Source: an uncultured delta proteobacterium (GTDB lineage: Bacteria; Myxococcota; Myxococcia; Myxococcales; Anaeromyxobacteraceae). From it: a stretch of DNA of 64,000 nt. The notes beneath the pieces are model-generated. The model did not search any database. It was given only the letters and a program-made list of their open reading frames with translations, and was not told the DNA's origin. Of this stretch, positions 34,671 through 44,032 are shown piece after piece. The position numbers were made by a program, and so were the translations under genes. Where the stretch lies: positions 99,806 to 163,805 of the forward strand of contig CAWGDE010000023.1 of the NCBI GenBank assembly GCA_963821195.1, read 5' to 3'. The stretch's first letter is position 1. Each line of letters begins with the position of its first letter.

Positions 34671-36057
34671 CTAGTCCGCGCAGCCCGCGCCCATCTTCGA
34701 GCGCAGGACGTCCGACTTCAGCAGGAAGGCCCCGTCGGCCGCGAGCGTCTCGACCCCCTCGAGCCCGCCCCTCACCTCGACCCAGTCGAGCCATCTCCGG
34801 CCGACCTCGACCGGCCGCCGGATCCAGTAGTCGCCGTGGTGGTGCACGAACACGAACGAGCGACCCTCGTCCGAGAGCACCGCCGCCCCCGGCACGGCGA
34901 GCGCCTCCTCCTGCCCGGGCAGGAAGACCCGCACGCCGGCGAACATCCCGGCCCGGAGCCTCGCCTCGGGGTTCGCGGCGGCGACCCGCACCTTCACCGT
35001 CCTCGTCCGCTCGTCCATCGTCGGGCCGACGAAGTCGACGCTCCCGGGGAAGGACGCGTCCGGGAACGCCTTCACGGCGACCTCGGCGCGGAGCTTCCCG
35101 CCGCGCTGGGCGTCCAGCACGCGCGCGAGCTGGTCCTCGTGGAGATCGGCCCAGACCCAGACCGACGAGACGTCGCCGACCGTCACGATGCTCTGGTCGG
35201 GCTTCACGAGCTCGCCCGGCACCGCGTGCATCTCGAGCACGATCCCGTCGGACGGGGCGCGGACGACGAGCGCGCCGTCCCCCGAGCTCCGGCCCGCGCC
35301 GGCGAGCCGCTCGACGTCGCCCTGGGCGACCCCGAGCCGCGCGAGCTTCTCCTGCGCCGAGCGAGCGTGGATCTGCGCCGACTCGTGCTCCTGGCGCGCG
35401 GCGAGGTACTCCTTCTCGGACGAGATCTGCTCCTTCCGGAGCTGCTCCTGCCGCTCGAAGCTCGACCGCGCGAGCCGGAGCGCCGCCTGCGCCGCGAGGT
35501 ACTCGCTCTCCGCCTCGCCGAGCTGGACGCTCTCGAGCTCGACGATTGGCTGCCCGCGCCGGACCTGCTCTCCCAGGCTCGCGTGGACCTTCCGCACGGT
35601 CCCCTCGATCCGGGGCGAGATGTGCGTGACGTGCCGCTCGTCGAAGCGGACCTCGCCCGTGAGCACGATCGGCGCCTCGACGCGCCGCTTCGAGACGCTC
35701 GCCGTCTTGATGAGGCCGCCCTCCACGAGCTTCGCGGGCACCCGCACCACGCCGACCTCGTAGCGGCACTCGTCGCACTCGTACGTCTTCTTCCCGTGCT
35801 CGCAGGTGGCGGCGAGCAGCTCGTCGACGGGGCGATCGAGAATCGGAGGGCTTCTCGCGCTCGCGCCCGTGCCCGTCGCCGCCCCCTCGCTCCTCGTGCG
35901 CCGCGCCGGCCCGCTCGCTGCCGTGCCCCTCGTGCCGCGCCTCCGCGCGGGGCTTCTCGGCGGCGGCGGAGACGGCGTCCGCCTTCCCACCGCCCCGGCA
36001 TGCGACGGCGACGAGCGCGACCGCGAAGACGACGACGTTCCCGTTGCGACGGATCAT
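34671..36057 (-). CDS. RND periplasmic adaptor (CzcB/CusB-like) lipoprotein, +1 frameshift near 35842
   Basis: Lipobox-like AVAC, His-rich linker, HISPRIEG, RAPSDG, DERTRTVKVR, LRAGMF. Confidence 0.88.
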
Positions 36058-37277
36058 GGCAACTCCCGACCGGACAGCAGGATGAGCGCGCCGCACTCGA
36101 CGTCTCGCTCGCGGGCGCTGGAGAGGACCTCGCGGCGAGCCTCGAGCAGCACCCGGCGCGCGTCGATGACGTCGAGGATCCCGGTCTCGCCGAGCTGGAA
36201 CGCGCGCTCCAGGGTGCGGGCCGACGCCTCGGCGCGAGGGAGAATGCTCGTCTTCTGGCGCTCGGCCACGGCGCGCGCCCGGTCGCACGACGCAACCGCC
36301 TCCGCGAAGGCCGCGCGGAGGGCGCGGTGCTCCGCCTCCGCGCGGCTCGCCTCGGCGGCGGCCGCCGCCTCGGCCCGCCTCACGCGCCCCGTCTTCCAGT
36401 CCCACAGCGGCAGCTCGATCGCGAGCCGGCCGCCGATCGCCTCGCGGTCCAGCTCGCTCGCGTAGAACCCGCCGACCGAGAACGCGGGGACCCTCGAGCG
36501 GCGCGCCACGGCGGCCTCGGCCGTCGCCGCCGCGGCTCGCGCGACCGCCGCCCGGACGCGCGGGTGCCGCACGAGGTCGCTCCCGAGCACGGTCGGGTCG
36601 ATCCGGGCAGGCGCCGCCGGGAGCTCGACGCGCCCCACCGGCCCTCCGAGCCAGGCACCGAGCTGCGCGACCGCGCCGTCGCGGCTCGCGCGCGCCGCCT
36701 CGACGTCGTTCCGGACCCGCTCGAGCTCGAGCTCCACCCTGGGCACCTCGACCGGGCGACCTTCGCCGGCCTCCACCCTGCGCCGCACGAGCCGCGTCAA
36801 CGCCTCGACCTGCTGCTCGGTCGCTTCCAGCGTCTCGACCTCGGACAGCGCGTAGCCGGCACGGACGAACAGCCGCCACAGCTCCGCGGCGACCTCGATC
36901 CGCAGCCCCTGGGCCTCCGCCGCCGTCTCCTCGACGGTCGCGCGTGCCGCGTCGATCTCGGGCCCGCGCCGGGCCAGCCAGTCGAGCGGGATGGAGATCG
37001 CGAGCCCCCACTCGTTCCGCGTGGCCGGTCCCTCCTGCGCCGTCCCCCGGCCGGCGGTGGCGTCCACCTCGGGGTTCGGCGGCGTTCGCGCGGCGGTGAC
37101 GCCGCCCTCGGCCGAGCGGACGCGGGAGCGCGACGCCGCCACGCGCGGGTCCCGCTCGATCGCCGCGGCGACGTCGGCCCACCGGAGGGGCGCGGCCTGG
37201 GATGCGGCTTCCTGCGCGAGCACGGGCGCTCCGTACGCGAGCGCGAGCGCGAACGCCCATCGACGATGTGGTGACAC
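36054..37277 (-). CDS. TolC/CzcC-family outer membrane channel
   Basis: Signal peptide, PPNPEV, IELPLWDW, ERAFQLGETGILDVIDARR. Confidence 0.85.
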   Translation of the reverse strand: MSPHRRWAFALALAYGAPVLAQEAASQAAPLRWADVAAAIERDPRVAASRSRVRSAEGGVTAARTPPNPEVDATAGRGTAQEGPATRNEWGLAISIPLDWLARRGPEIDAARATVEETAAEAQGLRIEVAAELWRLFVRAGYALSEVETLEATEQQVEALTRLVRRRVEAGEGRPVEVPRVELELERVRNDVEAARASRDGAVAQLGAWLGGPVGRVELPAAPARIDPTVLGSDLVRHPRVRAAVARAAAATAEAAVARRSRVPAFSVGGFYASELDREAIGGRLAIELPLWDWKTGRVRRAEAAAAAEASRAEAEHRALRAAFAEAVASCDRARAVAERQKTSILPRAEASARTLERAFQLGETGILDVIDARRVLLEARREVLSSARERDVECGALILLSGRELP

Positions 37278-37394
37278 GCCTGCTCTCCTGACGTGAGACG
37301 TGCGACCGGCCGGCGCGAGCGCGCGGACGATCGGGGACGCGCGCCGTCCGGGCCTGAAGCGCCCGGCGCATCGCGCGAAAGCGACGTCATCGCA

Positions 37395-37718
37395 TCAGGA
37401 GATCGGGGGCCGGAACGGTCGGGCCGGCTCGCGCGGAGCGAGCGTCAGCCCGGGCGGTGTGACGGGGCTCGCGGCGCCGACGTCGCGCGACGCGAAGGCG
37501 ATCCCGGCCGACGCGAGCACGACCTGCGTCGCGCAGCAGGTGCAGTTGTGCTGGGTCGCCCCGCAGCCGTGCTCGGGTCCCTGATCGCCGAGATCGCCGC
37601 GATCCGTCGCCGTGTGGGCGGCATGGCCCGTCCGCGCGAGGTGGACGACGGCTTCCCCGACCTCCGCGAGGCCGGGGACGAGCCCGTGGACGAGCATGAG
37701 GACGAGGAGCAACCGCAC
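37395..37718 (-). CDS. Small His/Cys-rich protein (CzcI/DUF2946-like leader ORF)
   Basis: N-terminal hydrophobic segment, EHGCGATQHNCTCC, C-terminal PARPFRPPIS; first ORF upstream of the RND operon. Confidence 0.65.
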   Translation of the reverse strand: MRLLLVLMLVHGLVPGLAEVGEAVVHLARTGHAAHTATDRGDLGDQGPEHGCGATQHNCTCCATQVVLASAGIAFASRDVGAASPVTPPGLTLAPREPARPFRPPIS

Positions 37719-37847
37719 GACGGAGGCGATGCTAGCGGTGCCGGAGCGCCCTGGCAATCGGTGCGCGCGCCGCCCGCCGCCCGCATCCGTTGCGCACTCC
37801 TCGCGGCCTGGAGACTCCGGTCGCGTGCGGCCGTCGCTTCGCCGCCG

Positions 37848-37863
37848 CGGCGTGAACGTTGCA
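37848..37863 (+). promoter_or_regulatory. Putative sigma54 (-24/-12) promoter
   Basis: CGGCGTG-AACG-TTGCA with exact GG-N10-GC spacing, about 38 nt upstream of the ATG at 37901. Confidence 0.6.
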
Positions 37864-37900
37864 GACTCGACGAACGAACCCCCACGAAACGAGCGTTGAC

Positions 37901-38827
37901 ATGCGCATCGCGATCGCCGCCGCGTCATCCACCGTCCTGCTCGCCATCGCGGCGTGCGGAGGCCCCTCCATGATGCCCGGCGCGACGCAGGGGACCGCGG
38001 ATGTCACGGCCATCACGGCGTACGAGGGCCTCACGACGCACGTGCAGTCGGCGGCGGACTCGTACGGCGCCGCCATGGGCGCTCCCGGCATGACGCTCGC
38101 GGGGTGCTCCGCGGTGCACGACGCCTATGACGCGCAGGTCCGGCCGTGGCTCTCCCAGATGATGCAGGCGAGCGGGACGATGGACGCGTACATGGACGCG
38201 CACGGCGGCGGCGCCTACGCGGACATGGGGTGCGTCGCGAACGCGATGCTGAGCGAGCTCGACGCGCACCGCGCCGCCGCCTGCACCTTCGCCACCCTGA
38301 GCGACGACCAGGCCGAGGTCACGCGCCACGTCGGCGTCATGGGGACGTACGGCTCGCACCTGACCGCCCGCTGCGGGACGATGATGGGCGGTGCCTCCGG
38401 TCACGGATACATGTGGGGACCGATCGCGACCGGCTGCGGCTCCACCGGGTCCACGGATCCCGTCGCGCCCGGGCAGCGCATCTTCGGCTCGGGGATCGGC
38501 GCGAGCGGGCAGGCGATCGCGCGGACCGGCGGCTCCGGCATGATGTCGTCGGGGGGCTGCGCGAGCTGCCACGGGCTCGACGGGCACGGGCGGACGACCA
38601 TGATGTTCACGTCGCCGAACGTCACGTACGCGAACCTGGCGGATCCCTCCGGTATGCTCGACCCCGACGGCAGCCGGGGGCCGACGTACACGGACGAGCT
38701 CATCCGCCGCGCCGTCGTCGAGGGCGCCGGCGCGGACGGCCAGGCGCTCTCCACCGTGATGCCCCGCTGGCAGCTGGGCGATCAGGACTGGGCCGACCTC
38801 CTGGCCTACTTGAAGACGCTGCCCTGA
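37901..38827 (+). CDS. Lipoprotein with Met/His/Cys-rich N-terminal domain and C-terminal monoheme cytochrome c
   Basis: Lipobox IAAC; CASCH heme motif; MPRW axial Met; LLAYLKTL terminal helix. Confidence 0.8.
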   Translation: MRIAIAAASSTVLLAIAACGGPSMMPGATQGTADVTAITAYEGLTTHVQSAADSYGAAMGAPGMTLAGCSAVHDAYDAQVRPWLSQMMQASGTMDAYMDAHGGGAYADMGCVANAMLSELDAHRAAACTFATLSDDQAEVTRHVGVMGTYGSHLTARCGTMMGGASGHGYMWGPIATGCGSTGSTDPVAPGQRIFGSGIGASGQAIARTGGSGMMSSGGCASCHGLDGHGRTTMMFTSPNVTYANLADPSGMLDPDGSRGPTYTDELIRRAVVEGAGADGQALSTVMPRWQLGDQDWADLLAYLKTLP

Positions 38828-38863
38828 CCCCGCTCCGCGCGCCGCCGCTCGCCGGCCCTGCGC

Positions 38864-39295
38864 TCACCGCGCGCCCGCGTCCTTCCCGCGCCGCTTCGCG
38901 TCGGCGAACCGGCCGATCTCGACGTCGAGCCCGCCGACGTGCCGGCGGAGCCAGTCGGAGAGCCAGTTGTGCATCGTGAGCGCGACGAGCGGCGTCGGCC
39001 CCTTCCGCTCGTAGTCGGCGAGCATCTCCGCGAAGTTCTCGCGGAAGGTGTCGTGCGCGGCGCGGTGCCCCTCGAGGCCTGGGAACCCGATCTCTCGCAT
39101 GTAGCGCTCCTCGGCCGAGAAGTGCTCCACGACGTAGTCGGTGAGGTACCGGACGAGCGGCTGGACCTCGCCGCGGTCGCCGGAGCGGAGCGCGGCGATG
39201 AGCCGCTCGGCGCGCCGGAACAGCTCCTGGTGCTGGGCGTCGATCTCGGGGACGCCGACCGCGAGCGACGGGCTCCACTGGATGGACGGCGACAT
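38864..39295 (-). CDS. Bacteriohemerythrin
   Basis: WSPSLAVGVPEIDAQHQEL, HFSAEE, HRAAH, WLRRHVGGLD. Confidence 0.92.
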   Translation of the reverse strand: MSPSIQWSPSLAVGVPEIDAQHQELFRRAERLIAALRSGDRGEVQPLVRYLTDYVVEHFSAEERYMREIGFPGLEGHRAAHDTFRENFAEMLADYERKGPTPLVALTMHNWLSDWLRRHVGGLDVEIGRFADAKRRGKDAGAR

Positions 39296-39303
39296 GCGCG
39301 CTC

Positions 39304-39717
39304 CTAGGCGGTCCGCTTCACGAGGAACTTCCCGAGCTCGGCATCGGTGCCCGAGACGTGCTCGCGGAGCCACTCGGTCAGCCAGTGGCTCACCCTGAGC
39401 GCCATGAACGCGCCCGGCCCCTGCCGCTCGTGCTCGCGCGCGAGCTGGAGGAGATCGGAGAGGAAGCGGTCGTGCTCCGCCTTGTGGCGCGCGTAGCCCG
39501 GGAACCGGGTCCGGCGCATGTGCTCCTCCTCCGCGCCGAAGTGCTCCACCGCGTAGTCGTGGAGGAAGTCGACGAGCCCTCCGAGCTCCTCCGGCTGGCC
39601 CTCGTGGATCCCCTCGAGGAGCTGCGCCGCCCGCCGGAACAGCTCCCGGTGCTGGGCGTCGATCTCCTCGACGCCGACCGAGAGCGCCTGCGTCCACTCG
39701 AGCTTCGTCCGCTTCAT
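39304..39717 (-). CDS. Bacteriohemerythrin
   Basis: WTQALSVGVEEIDAQHREL, HFGAEE, HKAEH, WLREHVSGTD. Confidence 0.92.
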   Translation of the reverse strand: MKRTKLEWTQALSVGVEEIDAQHRELFRRAAQLLEGIHEGQPEELGGLVDFLHDYAVEHFGAEEEHMRRTRFPGYARHKAEHDRFLSDLLQLAREHERQGPGAFMALRVSHWLTEWLREHVSGTDAELGKFLVKRTA

Positions 39718-39780
39718 GGCTTTCCCGAACTCAGCACACCCCGTACCCAGCGGCAAGTGCGCAACGCGCCGCACGCCCCG

Positions 39781-40035
39781 CTACCCTTCCGCCTCGCGCA
39801 GGTGGCGCGCGAGCGCCCGGTCCGCGCCGTAGATGTGGGCCTTCAGCCAGTCCTGCACCCAGGTCGCCGTCTTCACCGCGATCGCGAACGACGGCCCGGT
39901 CGCGTCGTAGAGGGTCCGCAGCTCGCCGAACTCCTTCACGAACCGTGCATGGCCGCGGCGTGGACGTTCGCCCCCGGGTACCGTCGAGGCCATCGCCCGC
40001 TCCTCCGCGCCGAAGTGCGAGACGACGTAGTCGCC
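39781..40035 (-). pseudogene. 5'-truncated hemerythrin remnant
   Basis: DYVVSHFGAEE...WLKAHIYGAD present; the N-terminal IDxQH motif is absent; YPGANVHAAA lies in a shifted frame. Confidence 0.7.
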
Positions 40036-40235
40036 TTTCCCTCCCCCTTGAAGTGGACAGGATCGCGCCGATTCGCCCCGGGGGGAAGCGCGAGCGGCGC
40101 GCGGGGGCGAGACCGGGTCGCGGCGGCCGCGCGGGCGGGGGGCCGTTCGCGCCCGCCGGGGCGGATCTGCTATGGTCGCCGCCTGCTCGCCGCCCGCAGA
40201 GGTCCACATTGCGCGGCCGGGAGCTCCGCACCGCG

Positions 40236-43200
40236 ATGAACGACGGCAACGGCACCACCCCCCGAGAGATCCCGTTCAACTACACCTCGGCGGACGATCG
40301 GCAGGCCATCTCGCTCCTGCTCGGCCCCGCGGTCTGGTCGAAGCTCGAGGAGCTCCGTGCACGGCGCGTGACCGGCCGCAGCGCGCGGCTCCTCATGCGG
40401 TTCTTCGGGGAGATCTTGATCCACCGCCGGAACCCGTTCCTCTTCCAGGAGCTCGTCGACTCCGCGCGCCGCCGGCGACGCTTCTTCGACAACATCGAGA
40501 AGGACCTCGGGATCGTCGACCGGAACGCGAACGGCGAGACGCTCGTGCTCGAGGTGCTCGGCGACTGCCGCGAGCTCCTCGCCGCGTTCCGCGCCGAGGT
40601 GGAGGGCGCGTCCGAGCTCCGCCGCCGCATGGCGCGCGAGCTCGGCGCGGTCGTCGGCAAGGACAACGTCCTCTTCGACCCGTTCACGCTCGTCTCGCAC
40701 GCGACCGACGCGACCGACTGGCGCCTCCACCTCCCGATCGCGGTGGTGATGCCGGACGACGAGGCGCAGGTCGCGCCGCTCCTCGCCGCGATCGCCCGGC
40801 TCGGGCTCAAGGCCGTGCCGCGCGGCGCCGGGACCGGGCTCACCGGCGGCGCGGTGCCGCTCCGGCCCGGCTGCGTCATCGTGAACACCGAGAAGCTGAA
40901 CCGGATCCGCGGGATCTCGGCGCGCGCGTTCCGGCTCGCGGACGGGCGGGAGGCGCGCGCGGAGGTGATGGACCTCGAGGCGGGGGTCGTCACCGAGCCC
41001 GCGATGGAGCACGCGGCGCACCGCGGGCTCGTGTTCGCGACCGACCCGACGAGCGCCTGGGCCTGCACGATCGGCGGCAACATCGCCGAGAACGCCGGCG
41101 GGAAGGACTGCGTCCTCTACGGCACCTGCATCGACAACCTCCTGTCGTGGCGGATGGCGATGCCCTCCGGCCAGCGCTGGACCATCCGGCGCGCCGACCA
41201 CCCGCTCCGCAAGATCCTCCCCGACGACGAGGTCACCTTCGACGTCGAGGACGAGGGCGGGAAGCGCGTGCGGCGCATCTCGCTGCGCGGCTCGGAGATC
41301 CGCGGCAAGGGGCTCTGGAAGGACATCACGAACAAGGCGCTCGGCGGGGTCCCCGGCCTGCAGAAGGAGGGCACCGACGGCGTCGTCACCTCGGCCGAGT
41401 TCGTGCTCTACCCGGAGTACGAGGCGAAGCGGACCCTCTGCCTGGAGTTCTTCGGACCGGACTTCGACGAGGCCAGCCGCGTCATCCTCGAGCTGTCGCG
41501 CGCCTTCCCGTTCCCGAACGCGGGCCGCGAGGCCCTGTCGGCGCTCGAGCACTTCGACGACGAGTACGTCCGGGCCATCGACTACAAGGTGAAGGCGCCG
41601 CGGGCGGAGACGCCGAAGGCGGTGCTCCTCATCGACGTCGTGGGCCACGCACCGGGCGAGGTCGAGCGGGGCGTGGACCGGATGCGGCGGATCCTCGACG
41701 CGCACCCGAACACCCTCATGTTCGAGGCGCGCGACGCCGCCGAGGGGAAGCGCTTCTGGGCGGACCGCAAGAAGCTCGGCGCCATCGCCCGGCGCACGAA
41801 CGCCTTCAAGCTGAACGAGGACATCGTCCTCCCGCTCGAGGCGCTCGCCGAGTTCGCCCGGTTCGTCGACGGCGATGAACGTCGAGGAGGAGCGGTACGC
41901 GCAGACGCGCTTCGTCGAGCGCGCCCAGGAGATCCTCCACCTCGCGGCGCCACCGCCCGCCGACCCCGAGTTCCTCGCCGCGAAGATCCCGGCCGCCCTC
42001 GACCGGATCGAGCGCGCACGCGACGCGATCGCTCGCTCGGGCGAGAAGGACCTTCGCTCGCTCGCGATCCTGAAGGCGCTCCACCGGGAGGTGTCGCAGC
42101 TCGTCCGCGGCTACACGGAGATCTCCGGCGCCCTCGAGCGGGCGCACAAGGAGATCCGCGATCGCCTCATCGTCCTCGCGACCCACATGCACGCGGGCGA
42201 CGGGAACGTCCACGTGAACGTCCCGGTGCTCTCGAACGACCGGCCGATGCTCCAGCGCGCCGAGCACGTCATCGACCGGGTCATGGAGAAGGTGGTCGCG
42301 CTCGGCGGCGTCGTCTCCGGCGAGCACGGCATCGGCGTCACGAAGCTCAAGTACCTCGAGGAGGAGCGCATCCTCGCCCTCTCGGCGCACCGGCGCGACG
42401 TCGACCCCGGCGCGCTCATGAACCCGGGGAAGCTCGAGGACCTCGGGGTCCTCGATCGGATCTTCACCCCGTCGTTCAACCTGCTCGAGCTCGAGGCGCG
42501 CATCCTCCAGCACGGCCAGCTCGAGGAGCTCGCGAAGGCGATCGCGCACTGCGTCCGCTGTGGGAAGTGCAAGCCGGACTGCTGCGTCTACCACCCGGCG
42601 CGCGGGATGTTCTTCCACCCGCGCAACAAGAACCTCGCCATCGGGTCGCTCATCGAGGCGCTCCTCTACGACGCGCAGCGCGCGCACTCGACGCGGTTCG
42701 AGCTGCTCCGCTGGCTGGAGGAGGTCGCGGACCACTGCACCGTCTGCCACAAGTGCCTGAAGCCGTGCCCGGTGGACATCGACTCCGGGGAGGTCTCCGT
42801 CCTCGAGAAGCGGATCCTCGCGAGCTGGGGATACAAGACGACGACGGCGGCGACGAAGGCGACGCTCCGGTACCTCGACAGCCGCTCGCCCGCGCTCAAC
42901 GCCCTCTTCCGCTCGACGGTGGTCCGCATCGGCGGGGCCGTCCAGCGAGCGGCCTGCGACCTCGCCGGCCCGTTCCAGCCTGCCGACGGCCGGCCGGGCT
43001 CGTACGCGCTGCAGATGCTCCGCTCGCCGGTGTACCCCGCGCCGGCGGAGACGCTCCGCGACGTCATCCCCGCCTGCGAGCCGGACCAGGTGCTCGTGTT
43101 CGAGCCCGAGGGCGAGGCGTCGCGCACGGTCTTCTACTTCCCCGGCTGCGGCTCGGAGCGGCTCCAGTCGCACGTCTCGATGGCGGCGCTCCACGTGCTC

Positions 43201-43878
43201 GTGTCGCTCGGCACGCGCGTCGTCCTGCCGCCGCCGTTCCTCTGCTGCGGGTACCCGGCGCACTTCAACGCGAACACCGACCAGTACACGCGCAACGTGC
43301 TGCGCGACACCATCATCTTCAGCCAGATCCGCGAGATGTTCTCGTACCTGTCGTTCGACGCGTGCGTCGTCACCTGCGGCACCTGTCGCGAGGGGCTCAC
43401 CGAGATGGACGCCGGGAAGATCTTCGGCGGCCGCCTCGTGGACGTCGCGGCGTACGCGCAGGAGCGCGGGCTCCGGCTCGACGGCGCGGCCGCGGAGGGG
43501 CTCCTCTACCACGCCCCCTGCCACGACTCGCTCGAGGGGAAGGCGGGCGAGGTCCTCGCGAGGCTCGGCGGGTTCGGGAAGGTCGAGGCGGTGCCGCACT
43601 GCTGCTCGGAGGCGGGGACGCTCGCCCTCTCGCGCCCCGACATCACGGACGCGATGCTCCACCGCAAGCGCGGCGCGCTCGAGGAGGCGATGGACGGCCG
43701 CCGCGGGGTCACCGTGCTCACGAACTGCCCGTCGTGCGTCCAGGGGCTCGGTCGGAACCGGCCGATGGGCGTCGAGCCCAAGCACCTCGCGGTGGCGCTC
43801 GCCGAGCGGATGAGCGGGGACCGCTGGCTGGAGAAGTTCCGCGCACTGGCGGTGCGGGCGCACGCGGTCCATTTCTGA
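40236..43878 (+). CDS. Large FAD-linked oxidase / Fe-S oxidoreductase (DUF3683 + GlcD-like + GlcF-like), +1 frameshift near 41872
   Basis: REIPFNYTS, RGAGTGLTGG, TIGGNIAENAGG, HAGDGNVH, SGEHGIG, CVRCGKC, CTVCHKCLKPCP, CCG. Confidence 0.88.
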
Positions 43879-44032
43879 CCCGAAGGCAGCGCGGTGCTCG
43901 TGAAGCCGAGCTTCAAGAGCGGCACGATCTTCGTCCACGTCTACTGTCTGAGATAGCCAGGGAGTGGGTGGCTCGACCGCACGGGGCCCCGGGGCAAGTG
44001 CCTGGGGCCTCGGACTGCGGGAACCGCTGCGC

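Noticed and set aside
43876-43878. Selenocysteine readthrough of the oxidoreductase TGA
   Set aside because: The TGA falls at a plausible natural C-terminus rather than at a catalytic Cys position, and no convincing SECIS hairpin was recognised.
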